In this document: piece after piece, positions 38,352-47,970 of the stretch | How the letters are laid out: each line of letters opens with the position of its first letter | How positions within the stretch are numbered: the first letter of the stretch is position 1 | Source: Candidatus Nanohaloarchaea archaeon | GTDB taxonomy: Archaea > Nanohalarchaeota > Nanosalinia > Nanosalinales > Nanosalinaceae | Reading direction: 5' to 3' | Length of the DNA stretch: 64,000 nucleotides | Assembly: GCA_041640035.1 (NCBI GenBank) | Contig: JBEQBC010000001.1 | Location: 64,001 to 128,000, forward strand | Notes under the pieces: model-generated | Database searches by the model: none | What the model was told of the DNA's origin: nothing | What the model saw: the letters and a program-made list of their open reading frames with translations, nothing else | Translations under genes and position numbers: made by a program

Positions 38352-39281
38352 TCAGTACGAATCCAGGAGGCTTTTCACTTCCTCCTTCCGTTCCTCCAGA
38401 AGCTTTCCACGGTATTCCTCGATCTCTTCTACTGTGCCAATCGCTTTCCAGGATTCGCTGCATTCGCCTTGCACGATGTATGAGTAAGAGATAGCGTTCT
38501 GGAAGAAACGGTACATCTTAACACGGTTCCTATCGATATCCTCGTCCATCTTTTCGTACATCAGTTCTCTAAACTCTTCTCTCTTCTCTGGGTGGAAGAA
38601 GCCGATGAATTCGTCGATTACTGATGATTCAAGTTTTCCCCAGTCCTTTGCTGAGTCGAAGAATCCTGCGTATTCCCAGTCAAAGACTCCTTTCAGGTCT
38701 GAGCCTTCGAATATGAAGTTGTGCATACCTAGATCGCTGTGAGAGAATTTATCAGTGCTTTCTGTCTCTGAAAGTGTGTCCAGAACCTTTCTGCATAGTT
38801 CAACTGTTTCCTCGTCAAGTCCCGGTTCGATCAGCTCTATCTCATCTCTCATACCTTCAATAATCTCCGGTCTTTCACTCAGTACCTCAGAGTCCTCTGC
38901 TCTCTGCTTCAGGTCTCCGCTGTTCTGAATTTCCTCAAGTATATCTATAGCCTTCTTCAGAGTGCTCCTGCAGAACTCTTCGTCCTTCCATTTCTCTCTT
39001 TCCGGGTACTGTATATCAAGGTCCTCGGAGATCGCCAAGATTTCGTCTCCCCGTTCTATCATTTTGACCGGTTCAGATACACGGATATCTGAATTGGAGT
39101 AAAGAATTCTACTGGCTTCGAAACCTCTTTTTACTGCGTCGAAGTTTTCAGGTCCGGAATACTTCATGAATACAGGTCTTCCTTGGTATGTGCCTGTTCT
39201 GACTTCGTTCTTCACTCCGCCTTTCGGTGTTCCATCTACTGAAAGATCTTCGGTGTTCTCTATTATTTCTTTAAGGCTCAA
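38352..39281 (-). CDS. APH/choline-kinase family phosphotransferase
   Basis: GGVKNEV, FMKY, HSDLGMHNFI, VFDWEYA. Confidence 0.8.
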   Translation of the reverse strand: MSLKEIIENTEDLSVDGTPKGGVKNEVRTGTYQGRPVFMKYSGPENFDAVKRGFEASRILYSNSDIRVSEPVKMIERGDEILAISEDLDIQYPEREKWKDEEFCRSTLKKAIDILEEIQNSGDLKQRAEDSEVLSERPEIIEGMRDEIELIEPGLDEETVELCRKVLDTLSETESTDKFSHSDLGMHNFIFEGSDLKGVFDWEYAGFFDSAKDWGKLESSVIDEFIGFFHPEKREEFRELMYEKMDEDIDRNRVKMYRFFQNAISYSYIVQGECSESWKAIGTVEEIEEYRGKLLEERKEEVKSLLDSY

Positions 39282-39287
39282 CCTGTT

Positions 39288-39806
39288 TTACTCACCTTCT
39301 GTATCAAGTCTGGCTGCGAGGATCATGCTGATTGTCTGTGAAACTGCGATCCCTGCGATTGCTAATCCGGTTAGTGCATCTATTGATAGGATTATGCCTG
39401 CTGCGAATGCGATGAATGATATTCCGGATTCGATTCCGAGTTTTCTGTATATGTCGCTGTACTGGTCCATGTGTTCTGCTGATAGGTAGAGTCCTATTCC
39501 GGGTCCTAGGAACCAGTAGATTACTGAGCTCCAGGCTAGTATGTTGCTGTAGCTCTGTACTGAGAAGCTTAGTGCTCCGAGTAATGTGAATACTCCTCCG
39601 GCTGCGATCACTTTTCTCCATATATCCAGGACCTCGTTGTCGCCCATCTCCTGCCATGAGAGAAGCGAGAAACCGGTTAGGAACAGCACCATGAAGTAGT
39701 GCATGTGTCTTATCCAGTACGGATCGACTCCCGGGTAGATTATGGTTGCGAAGGTAAGCATCCACGCTGCCGGAATCAGAAGTATAGGTCCACGATCCCT
39801 TATCAT
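39288..39806 (-). CDS. Multi-pass membrane protein
   Basis: About six hydrophobic segments. Confidence 0.65.
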   Translation of the reverse strand: MIRDRGPILLIPAAWMLTFATIIYPGVDPYWIRHMHYFMVLFLTGFSLLSWQEMGDNEVLDIWRKVIAAGGVFTLLGALSFSVQSYSNILAWSSVIYWFLGPGIGLYLSAEHMDQYSDIYRKLGIESGISFIAFAAGIILSIDALTGLAIAGIAVSQTISMILAARLDTEGE

Positions 39807-39845
39807 GGAATGTTAATTGTCGTGGAACTGGTATAAATCCTTCTT

Positions 39846-40373
39846 CTATTTCCTCTGGTGACACCAGTCCAGAAACATAGGAACTCCCTGTGTAAAGGCA
39901 GCGATCGGCAGAACTATAGACTGAATACCTGGATCAACGAACAGGTAACCGCCTAGTAAACCGTTCAGAACAGCAGCTACCGTGTAGATTTTCCTCGAGG
40001 CTCCGCTGGTTTTGTAGGCGGTGTATGCGAACAGTGCGGCCGGTATCAGCATCCATTTATGGTAGTAGCTGTACTCCAGTAACTGACCGGTAAACCTTCT
40101 CTGAGCTGAGAAGTTGGAGATTATTCCGAAGCCCACAAATACAGCCCAGACCGGGTTTAACTTGAACCAGTCTCTTTCCTCGTCAACCTCCTGATAGCTC
40201 TTGTATATCGGCAAAGCCATCAACAAGGCCCACATCGTGAGAATCTGGTAGTTCAGATTGATTGAAGACACAGCAAAGTACTGTACATACGGTGTGAGAA
40301 GGTATCCGAGCGTGACTGTGACGCCCCAGGTCAGAACTGTGTCCAGTTCCTCAACTCTGTTTTTGAGCTCCAT
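39846..40373 (-). CDS. Multi-pass membrane protein
   Basis: About six hydrophobic segments. Confidence 0.65.
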   Translation of the reverse strand: MELKNRVEELDTVLTWGVTVTLGYLLTPYVQYFAVSSINLNYQILTMWALLMALPIYKSYQEVDEERDWFKLNPVWAVFVGFGIISNFSAQRRFTGQLLEYSYYHKWMLIPAALFAYTAYKTSGASRKIYTVAAVLNGLLGGYLFVDPGIQSIVLPIAAFTQGVPMFLDWCHQRK

Positions 40374-40408
40374 AAATGTACTCTTCGCCTCCAGATGCTT
40401 TAATGTTT

Positions 40409-42505
40409 CTAGGTGAACCGGTCTATCTTGGTCTTCGAACTGTCACGCAGCTCCATCTCGATATCCTTCTTCGAATAGCCAAGTGGTGATAGAACGCTGA
40501 CGGCGGCTGACACCATTTTATCACGGTAGAACTTGGTATCGTACCTGTCCGCGTATCCCGGCAATCTTACCTTCTCCGGTATACTTCCTCCGTGATTTCT
40601 TACAATGTACTCTACTTTTTCACCGGCCTGAACATCTACTCCTTTCTTCCTGTACTCGTACATCGCCGCCTTCGTATTATTGTTTACACGGTAGTTATCG
40701 TAGGAACGCGTCGGCTGCTTCCGAATCACTAGCTTGCTGTTATCGACCTCTCCTTCTTTCACCTGTTCGATGTAGTCCTCAAGCACTTCTAATGCGGAGT
40801 AGAAATCCCGGTCGTTTTCATCCAAATCCTCCAATATTTCTCTTTGCATGTCTTTCTGAAGCTGGAAGCTGCTGGACTGCTCCACTTCGATACCCGCGGT
40901 CTTGAAGCCTTCCTGTGTTTTACCGAAGTAACGGTTCAGGGTCGAAACACTGTTCTGGTTCTTCCGAGGTACGAACGCAAGCCAGTCAAAATGATGTTCA
41001 CGCTCAAGCTCTATACCAACTGTGTCCGAGACTTCTCTGCATACCTTGCCCAGTTCTGTAGCATCACTGGTTCTTTTCTCTACCCAGATGCTGTCGATGA
41101 TTCCGTGCTTCACCTTCCAGCCGTGTTCCTCGAATATCTCCTTGGATTCGACCAGTATCTTCCTTGCGTATGCATTTATCGCCTGGTGGCATTCTATAGC
41201 TCCGAATGATGCATGTGCGTGACCCATGTATCCGAAGCAGGTTACCAGCAGCCATTTGATGGCGTTCGACTTGCTTTCCAACTTCTCAAGTCGTTCACCT
41301 TCCGCTTCCTTCATCTCCTCTTTCATCTCGGCTCTGTCCGTTACCAAGGGTTCCAGTACTTCGGGTATGAAACCGGTTTTCTCCTGGCAGATACTGAAAT
41401 CAAGTTCGGGTACTTCTTTATTGCTGCAGCAGTTGCAGCAGACTGTTTCCGGACTGATGTTCTTCTCTATCATGATGTTGGGGTACATCGATGCGAAATC
41501 CACTTCGTAAACATCTCTGTGGACACCTGGCTCCGGGTTGAAGATGAATCCTCCGCGGTCGCCTTTATGCAGCTGTGAAGCTTTCTTAGGCTTCTCCGGC
41601 TGCCAGTTCTTCCACGGAGTAAGCACATCCTCCTCGGTGTAAGCTTTCCGTACCTCTATAGCGGTTAACAGGTTTCCGATGCTTCCCCAGGCCAGCTCCT
41701 GCAAAGGTTTCCAGCTCCGTTTAACCAGATCAAGTAACCCGTCCAGATCTGTTTCCCCGTACATGAAGGAGTTCGATCTGTTAATTATCGCTCTGCCTGG
41801 CACATTGTATCTTTCCGAGGAGTGCAGGGTTTTACCGTAGCTTGAGACGGTGTTTGATCCTGCGAGCTGTTCCAGTCCTTTTTCTCGTCCCCAGCGGAAG
41901 CTTATTCTGTTTTTCTCCGCGAACTGTTTCAAATGAGGCAGAAGGTCGGCGCGGTTTATTATTAGTACATCAGGGTCTTCTTGCCGGAGTCTGCGTCCCA
42001 GTTCCTTTACTGCTTCTTTGTTCCGTGATGCTACTGTGTTGCTATCGACTTTCAGGTGTTTGAACTGGTTCTGTGCTAGTGCTTCACGTGGTATACTGAT
42101 CTTCATCTTTGTGAGCTGGTGTTCTGGTGTTGGATCGACATCTTGCTGTAGGCAGTATCTGAACTGTGGGCTGAGACTTACATTGTAGAATTTGAATCTT
42201 CCTGCCGGGAAACCTGATTTCACGCTGTAAACCGCGTCTTTCAAACCGTCTTCCGATGCCGTGTCAACTCTCAGCACCTCCTCCATACTGTCTTTTTCTA
42301 GATCTGTGTACCAGTCCTCGAACCTTGTGGTAAGAACTGAGTCCTTTCTGTGAAGCATTGTACGGGCTTTCTTCAGATCAGAACGGCTTCCCTGTATGTA
42401 GAAACGAGGACGGTAGTTTCGGTCAAGTGTTCTTTTGACCTGTGTTTCTCCTTTTTTCTCCCAAAGTACCGCTGTTCCATTCCTGAAATCGATCTTAAAA
42501 GCCAC
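40409..42505 (-). CDS. polB2: Family B DNA polymerase, PolB2 clade
   Basis: DFASMYPNIM, KWLLVTCFGY, HGIIDSIWV (replacing YGDTDS), degenerate exonuclease region. Confidence 0.9.
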   Translation of the reverse strand: MAFKIDFRNGTAVLWEKKGETQVKRTLDRNYRPRFYIQGSRSDLKKARTMLHRKDSVLTTRFEDWYTDLEKDSMEEVLRVDTASEDGLKDAVYSVKSGFPAGRFKFYNVSLSPQFRYCLQQDVDPTPEHQLTKMKISIPREALAQNQFKHLKVDSNTVASRNKEAVKELGRRLRQEDPDVLIINRADLLPHLKQFAEKNRISFRWGREKGLEQLAGSNTVSSYGKTLHSSERYNVPGRAIINRSNSFMYGETDLDGLLDLVKRSWKPLQELAWGSIGNLLTAIEVRKAYTEEDVLTPWKNWQPEKPKKASQLHKGDRGGFIFNPEPGVHRDVYEVDFASMYPNIMIEKNISPETVCCNCCSNKEVPELDFSICQEKTGFIPEVLEPLVTDRAEMKEEMKEAEGERLEKLESKSNAIKWLLVTCFGYMGHAHASFGAIECHQAINAYARKILVESKEIFEEHGWKVKHGIIDSIWVEKRTSDATELGKVCREVSDTVGIELEREHHFDWLAFVPRKNQNSVSTLNRYFGKTQEGFKTAGIEVEQSSSFQLQKDMQREILEDLDENDRDFYSALEVLEDYIEQVKEGEVDNSKLVIRKQPTRSYDNYRVNNNTKAAMYEYRKKGVDVQAGEKVEYIVRNHGGSIPEKVRLPGYADRYDTKFYRDKMVSAAVSVLSPLGYSKKDIEMELRDSSKTKIDRFT

Positions 42506-42511
42506 TTTAAC

Positions 42512-42775
42512 TCACCTTTTCTCCTCTTCCAGTTTCTCCAGTCTTTCATCCAGGTCTTCTATCTCTTTTTGAAGTCCGAGCATCATGGAGATCATCGCGG
42601 GCAGTCCTGGGTTTGTTGAGTTCAGGTATGCGGCTGCGGAAGCATGTTTATGCGCTTTACCGTACAGTTTTTCTAGATGCTGTTTGTTTTCCTTCCTCAG
42701 CGCTTTTTTGAACGGTTTCAGGTTGTCGAGGAAGTTGTCTAGGTGGTTTCTGTATGTTCCGTTGGTTCTACCGAT
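42512..42775 (-). CDS. PolB2-associated small protein (MGRT-type), probable ATC start; not in ORF track
   Basis: Manual translation (I)GRTNGTYRNHLDNFLDNLKPFKKALRKENKQHLEKLYGKAHKHASAAAYLNSTNPGLPAMISMMLGLQKEIEDLDERLEKLEEEKR. Confidence 0.8.
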   Translation of the reverse strand: MGRTNGTYRNHLDNFLDNLKPFKKALRKENKQHLEKLYGKAHKHASAAAYLNSTNPGLPAMISMMLGLQKEIEDLDERLEKLEEEKR

Positions 42776-43376
42776 TGTAGACCACCTCTTTCAGTTCCTC
42801 ATGGTTTTCGATCCAGTTAGGTATCCGTGTCTGAAGTACCCTGTAACCGTAACCAGATTCTTCCACCAGCTCTTCGCCTAGCATCTGGATGTCTGCTTCG
42901 ACTTTGTTAACCGATTTCATCTCCACCAGTCCGTGGTATTCTCCTTTTCCTGCTTTTGACAGTGTAGCAGCTATCTCAAGATCCTTATTTTCCGCCAGCT
43001 TGTTCAGATGGTTCAGGGACTGTTTCAGTAGTTCCCGGCTTTCGTCTTCGTTTAGCTGTCCTGTTTCGTACAGTCCGTCGATGCTTGGAAGAAGAACTAG
43101 TTCTGTATCCGGTTTGATGTATTCGTCTATACGCTGTACAAGTGTGTAGTGCTGGTAGGTTGTGAAAGCTCTCGCTATCTCTACTTTATCCAGTACTTCC
43201 TGGTTTCCGGCTGCGGCTAACTGGTATGAGCTTCCGTGGTTCTCTGTATCTATCCACAGTGCTTTGTAACTGTGTTTTCCTGTTTTCTGTGCGGTGATTT
43301 TGTGGAGAACGGAATCTTTATCCCCCTTATGAACAATCAAGTTGACTCCGTTCTCCAGTTCGACTTCATTCATCAT
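42768..43376 (-). CDS. Inactivated RadA/RecA-like protein of the PolB2 cassette
   Basis: ALWIDT, EIARAFTTYQH, LLPSIDGLY; no intact Walker A. Confidence 0.78.
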   Translation of the reverse strand: MMNEVELENGVNLIVHKGDKDSVLHKITAQKTGKHSYKALWIDTENHGSSYQLAAAGNQEVLDKVEIARAFTTYQHYTLVQRIDEYIKPDTELVLLPSIDGLYETGQLNEDESRELLKQSLNHLNKLAENKDLEIAATLSKAGKGEYHGLVEMKSVNKVEADIQMLGEELVEESGYGYRVLQTRIPNWIENHEELKEVVYNR

Positions 43377-43379
43377 GCG

Positions 43380-43463
43380 TCAACTCGGTGTGTAACCGCA
43401 TCTGTTGCATGAATGCTTTTGATCAGCTTTCGGAAAACCGCATTCTGGACAGTAATCAATCAC
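43380..43463 (-). CDS. 27-aa CPxCG zinc-finger microprotein; not in ORF track
   Basis: Manual translation (V)IDYCPECGFPKADQKHSCNRCGYTPS; stop lies 3 nt before the iRadA start. Confidence 0.6.
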   Translation of the reverse strand: MIDYCPECGFPKADQKHSCNRCGYTPS

Positions 43464-43527
43464 CTTTACTCTTTTCTCCCCTCCAACCAAAGATGCGGCT
43501 ACATCCCCTAATAAACCGATTCTCGGC

Positions 43528-43543
43528 TGTCCGACATGTCCGA
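43528..43543. promoter_or_regulatory. Tandem TGTCCGA repeat upstream of the PolB2 operon TATA box
   Basis: TGTCCGA-CA-TGTCCGA next to minus-strand TTTATTA (43509-43515). Confidence 0.35.
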
Positions 43544-43551
43544 AGTAGTGT

Positions 43552-45018
43552 TTAGAAGTCGGCGAGATCTCTCTGTTCAGGTCCTGCTCTATCTAGGATT
43601 TCATTTCGGTCATGCCTTGAACTGAGTGATGCTTTTCTCCATACTTCGTCGTCTTCGAAAGCCTTGTATGCTTCGGGAGCCTTTCTTTTGAAGAACTCTC
43701 TAGCTTTACGCGCCTCCCTATCATAATCGACAATTGGTTTAGGATAGTTCCGGCCAATAATCACGCCGCATTCTTTCTGTACTTTTTCCGGCATCTTCCA
43801 TGGCTCGGCGATGTACTCGTTGGGAACTTTTCTCAGTTCAGGGACATATTTCCGGATGAATTCTCCGTCGGGATCGTTCTCTTCCACCTGTTTGGTAGGG
43901 TTATAGATTCTGTTTGCGTGTACTCCGATCAATCCGCTCTGCATCTGCCACTGGTAGTAGTTGATTGCGACATCTGCATCTATCAAATGCTTGTAGAAGA
44001 AGTCGGCTCCGTTTTTCCACCACTGCTTCAGGATGTAGCTGAAGAATGAGGCACACATCGCACGCATACGGAAGTTCAGCCAGCCAGTTTCGACCAGCGC
44101 CCGCATCGATGCATCAACCAAAGGGAAACCGGTTCTACCCTGCTTCCAAGCCTCCATCTTTTCCTCATCGAAGTTGTCTCTGTTTAGATCTCTGTAAACA
44201 GGGTTGATCGCTACCTCAAATAGTTGAGGATTATCTTCGATCTTTTGGTTGAAATGCTGCTGCCAGAAAACCCTGTCGATAAACATATCAACGCTTTGCG
44301 TGTTATCTACATATTTCTTCGCGTTAGAGGCTTTCTGGTAGACTTCACGCGGTGATATGCATCCGTATCGGATGTATGGTGATAGATGTGAGGTTGATGC
44401 TTCTGCTTTGGAAGGCGGTGATATACATCCTGAGTACTGTTCAATCCTGTCAAGAAAGTCTTGTAGACGTTTTCTTGCTTCTTGGGTTCCGCCTTCTCCA
44501 AATATCTGTTTTTCCGGCTGTATATCGTACTTTTCTCTTATTTCGTCGAGTGTTACCTCGTTTTGCAGGCCGCTGGACTTGATTTTTTCTGGAGCTTCTG
44601 CTCTTTTGCCTTCGAACCAAGACTTTGCCTCGCTACTCCATTCGGACTGATTTCTTCCCTTTGTATTGACGGCTGAGTTTTCGAAGCCTTGAAATTTTTC
44701 TCTTACCTCTGTTTCAAGTCCTTGTCGGAAATGGTTGGCATCCTTGTTGAAGTATACCTTGTTCCCTTTCTCAGAAAGTTCCTCGAGTTTTTCGACAGGA
44801 TTTCCGTGTAAAAGCGTTAGATAGGTGCCTTTCTCTGTGTACTGCCGGTTGAGATCCTTCAGGCTTTCAATTACGAATTCTATCCTGTTATCGGAGACTA
44901 GGTCATTTTCCAGCCATTCGGGATCAAATATGTAGACCGGAGTGGCTTCCGCACCTGCTTCGGTTAAGGCCCTATTGTCATGAGTTCTGAGATCTCTGCG
45001 ATGCCAGACTATACTCAC
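43552..45018 (-). CDS. phr: Deoxyribodipyrimidine photolyase/cryptochrome family protein
   Basis: WHRRDLRTHDN, SHLSPYIRYGCIS, WKQGRTGFPLVDASMR, WLNFRMR, LIDADVAIN. Confidence 0.92.
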   Translation of the reverse strand: MSIVWHRRDLRTHDNRALTEAGAEATPVYIFDPEWLENDLVSDNRIEFVIESLKDLNRQYTEKGTYLTLLHGNPVEKLEELSEKGNKVYFNKDANHFRQGLETEVREKFQGFENSAVNTKGRNQSEWSSEAKSWFEGKRAEAPEKIKSSGLQNEVTLDEIREKYDIQPEKQIFGEGGTQEARKRLQDFLDRIEQYSGCISPPSKAEASTSHLSPYIRYGCISPREVYQKASNAKKYVDNTQSVDMFIDRVFWQQHFNQKIEDNPQLFEVAINPVYRDLNRDNFDEEKMEAWKQGRTGFPLVDASMRALVETGWLNFRMRAMCASFFSYILKQWWKNGADFFYKHLIDADVAINYYQWQMQSGLIGVHANRIYNPTKQVEENDPDGEFIRKYVPELRKVPNEYIAEPWKMPEKVQKECGVIIGRNYPKPIVDYDREARKAREFFKRKAPEAYKAFEDDEVWRKASLSSRHDRNEILDRAGPEQRDLADF

Positions 45019-45094
45019 AAAGAAATTGAATGATCTGAAATTTTATCTCGTTTTGCATAGGGTTTTGAAAAAATATATTTCTCAACGATGTTAC

Positions 45095-45310
45095 ATGGAT
45101 TCAAACCAGGCTAAATTTCTGCTTCCAGCAGGAGGACTACTGGAATTTCTAGGCGTATTGACCTTGATTACGAACGATGGAATGTTGATCCCTAAAGTGG
45201 ATCTGGGATTCAGTATCCCGGCTGTTCTGCCTGTAGAGATTCAGGGTATAGGTCTATTGATTTCAGGTGGTGCAGTAACGGCATTTGCAATCATGAATAT
45301 GAGTGAGTAG
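45095..45310 (+). CDS. Small membrane protein
   Basis: Two hydrophobic segments; start moved to MDSNQA. Confidence 0.5.
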   Translation: MDSNQAKFLLPAGGLLEFLGVLTLITNDGMLIPKVDLGFSIPAVLPVEIQGIGLLISGGAVTAFAIMNMSE

Positions 45311-45325
45311 CCAGTTTACAAATTT

Positions 45326-45742
45326 TTATTCTCCTTCCCTTTTTTCTCTTTCAGCTACTTCTACTAATGCTCGACCCTCTGCTTCGCTTAACGCTGAGAG
45401 CGCAAGTACGAAGAAAGCGATTATTAGTGGCCAGCGAAATCCTGCTAGTACCATAAGTGTGAAAGCTATCATGGAGAAAGAAAGAACGAAGTATCTGTTT
45501 GAGTGAGAGCTCTCAGAGCTAAATGCTGGTGAGAAACCGGAGCCGATCAGAAATCCTAAGAAGTTCCGAGTCAAAGAGGACTCTGCATGAAAGACCAGAA
45601 CAAAAGACACTGTAGCGACTATGAATCCGATGTTAAAGGGATTCAAATCTATTTCACGGCCTAAAATTTCAACCATTACCTGCTCACTCGGTACTAGGTC
45701 AGAGTTTTTCCCGGAAAGTAAAAAGAATAAATCCGGTAACAC
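45326..45742 (-). CDS. Membrane protein (start uncertain)
   Basis: Several hydrophobic segments. Confidence 0.5.
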   Translation of the reverse strand: MLPDLFFLLSGKNSDLVPSEQVMVEILGREIDLNPFNIGFIVATVSFVLVFHAESSLTRNFLGFLIGSGFSPAFSSESSHSNRYFVLSFSMIAFTLMVLAGFRWPLIIAFFVLALSALSEAEGRALVEVAEREKREGE

Positions 45743-45746
45743 AGTT

Positions 45747-45962
45747 ATGGATCAGAAAATCAAAAGCGCGGTTCTCAGAGGACTGTCTGCGTCCGTGTTC
45801 TCAGCGGTTGTGATGTACTTAGGACTGAGAGCATGGATAACTATGACAGTCAGCGTAGGACCGGTCGACAAACTCTACGCACTGGTCGACACAGCAACAG
45901 TACTCACAGCAATAACAGCATTCCTCACAACCACAATAGCATCCTACACCACAGGAGAATGA
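45747..45962 (+). CDS. Small membrane protein
   Basis: Two TM helices from MDQKIK. Confidence 0.55.
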   Translation: MDQKIKSAVLRGLSASVFSAVVMYLGLRAWITMTVSVGPVDKLYALVDTATVLTAITAFLTTTIASYTTGE

Positions 45963-45966
45963 TATT

Positions 45967-46371
45967 ATGGATATAAAAAGTATTTTGAAGAACAGAAGTA
46001 TTGAGTTGACAGGTATTTCAGCTCTTTTACTTGTCACAGCTCTAAATCAAATATCTCAAACACCTATAATCTATGTTTTCACCGTTATCAGCTTACTGGC
46101 GACGACAATCGCCGTGAAAAAGTTCAGGCAGCAGTTCGGAACAAAGCTATTCTTCAAGAGAAGCGAAGGCTGGAACCACTGGTCCGGCGCATTCGGAGGA
46201 ATTCTGGCCTTCATGATGAGTATGTATGCTCAGACTATAGAAACAGGTTTTCCCACTGCTCTAGCGCAGATAACAGCTATAACTGTCTTCGTAATGCTGA
46301 TGACAACGCTGTTCTACGGCTCTATCCTCAGCGATATCCAGAGCGGAGAACTAGATCTGGAAAACCTCTAG
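45967..46371 (+). CDS. Four-TM membrane protein
   Basis: Hydrophobic pattern. Confidence 0.6.
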   Translation: MDIKSILKNRSIELTGISALLLVTALNQISQTPIIYVFTVISLLATTIAVKKFRQQFGTKLFFKRSEGWNHWSGAFGGILAFMMSMYAQTIETGFPTALAQITAITVFVMLMTTLFYGSILSDIQSGELDLENL

Positions 46372-46393
46372 ATATTTCAGAACCCTTGAACAA

Positions 46394-47125
46394 ATGACCT
46401 ACATGGAAATAGACAACTCAGAACAAAGAATCAGAAACATACACCAAGACCTACTGGATGTATACGGAGAACAGGACTGGCAAGACGACGATGACGGCGT
46501 CAGACAGCTACTCATAACAATACTTTCACAGAATGTAGCGGACGAAAACACGGCTCGGGCAGCAGAGAACCTGTTCAACGACTTCAAAAACTACGAAGAA
46601 ATAGCGAACGCATCAGTAGACGAACTAGCCGATTCAATCAATCCAGCAGGGCTACCACAGACCAAAGCACAGAGATTACAGAGAACACTGAAAGCACTTA
46701 GAGAACATGGCGAAGATGATGATTACTCTGTAGAGTTCCTCGGTGAGATGGAGGATTCAGATGCTCAGGCCTGGCTTGAAGAGATCAAAGGAATCGGCCC
46801 CAAAACCGCGTCAGTATTACTGAACTTCCATTTCGATGCGGATGTTATGCCGGTCGACACACATGTAGAAAGAATCGCCAAACGGTTCAGACTCATCCCT
46901 TTCTCAGCATCAAATGGAAAAGCACATGAACTGCTGAACGAAGCCGTACCGCACGATATCAAGAACAGCTTCCACATGCTGATAATCGAACACGGAAAGA
47001 ATAATTGCTCTGCCAGAAACCCGACATGCGAGAACACGAAGCTCAAAAAGTACTGCTCAAGATACGAACTGGTGGAAAACGGGGACTTAACCTCTGAAGA
47101 GTATCCTCCGGAGGAGATGGAATAA
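46394..47125 (+). CDS. nth: Endonuclease III, paralogue 2
   Basis: ILSQNVAD, IKGIGPKTA, PVDTHVERI. Confidence 0.88.
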   Translation: MTYMEIDNSEQRIRNIHQDLLDVYGEQDWQDDDDGVRQLLITILSQNVADENTARAAENLFNDFKNYEEIANASVDELADSINPAGLPQTKAQRLQRTLKALREHGEDDDYSVEFLGEMEDSDAQAWLEEIKGIGPKTASVLLNFHFDADVMPVDTHVERIAKRFRLIPFSASNGKAHELLNEAVPHDIKNSFHMLIIEHGKNNCSARNPTCENTKLKKYCSRYELVENGDLTSEEYPPEEME

Positions 47126-47126
47126 A

Positions 47127-47732
47127 ATGGATTTAGAAGACGCGATGGAGAACTGGTCCTCAGTCAAAAAGTTCACAGACGAAGAAGTGGAAAGAGAGAA
47201 GCTGGAGAATATCTTCGAACTGACTACGAAAGCTCCGACCGCGTTCAACCTTCAGCCTTACAGGTTCATAGTTCTGGATTCTGAGGAGGCGATGGAGAAA
47301 GCTACAAGTTCCGTGATACCGGTGAACGGTTGGATACGGTACGCCGACAAGATAGTGGTCCTTGTTGGAGACGAGGAGATAGATGTGAACGCTGACCAGG
47401 TGCTGGAGCACAAACTGGAGGAGGGCAGGATCGACGAGGAGAAAGCAGGGAACCTGCGTAAAATGTACTCCGACTACAAGAACAGGGACGATGAGTTCAT
47501 GACTGGCTGGCTCACCAGAAACACTGTCATACCCGCCACATTCTTCATGCTCGCATGCAAAACACAGGGAATCGGCTCCTGCCCAGTAAGAGGATTCGAT
47601 CAGGACAAACTAGCCGACAAGTTAAGCTTGAAAGACACTGAAAGGCCTATACTCATCTTCCCAATAGGATATCCGAAAGAAGAAGACAGAAACTGGAGAA
47701 GAGATGGGGAAGAAATATTTGAGGTCTCTTAG
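47127..47732 (+). CDS. Nitroreductase family protein
   Basis: SVKKF, APTAFNLQPYRF, GIGSCPVRGFD, PIGYP. Confidence 0.9.
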   Translation: MDLEDAMENWSSVKKFTDEEVEREKLENIFELTTKAPTAFNLQPYRFIVLDSEEAMEKATSSVIPVNGWIRYADKIVVLVGDEEIDVNADQVLEHKLEEGRIDEEKAGNLRKMYSDYKNRDDEFMTGWLTRNTVIPATFFMLACKTQGIGSCPVRGFDQDKLADKLSLKDTERPILIFPIGYPKEEDRNWRRDGEEIFEVS

Positions 47733-47775
47733 CCGGACTTGAGACTATTTCTGATTTTCAGTACTTTTATTTCAG

Positions 47776-47970
47776 TTGTATGCTATGTTTCTTCCTATGC
47801 AGTTTCAGTGGTGGGAAGAACATGATACCGGTTTTATAGCGGTCGGGCTTCTGATAGGAGGCCTTTATGGGAGATTCTTCGTTGAAGAGCTTTCAACTCG
47901 GCTGCTTTCCTTGCTTGGAGGGTTATTGCTTGGCTTGATACTAGCGCACTTTTCTAAAACAAATGGTTAG
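47776..47970 (+). CDS. Small membrane protein
   Basis: Two Gly/Leu-rich helices. Confidence 0.45.
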   Translation: MYAMFLPMQFQWWEEHDTGFIAVGLLIGGLYGRFFVEELSTRLLSLLGGLLLGLILAHFSKTNG

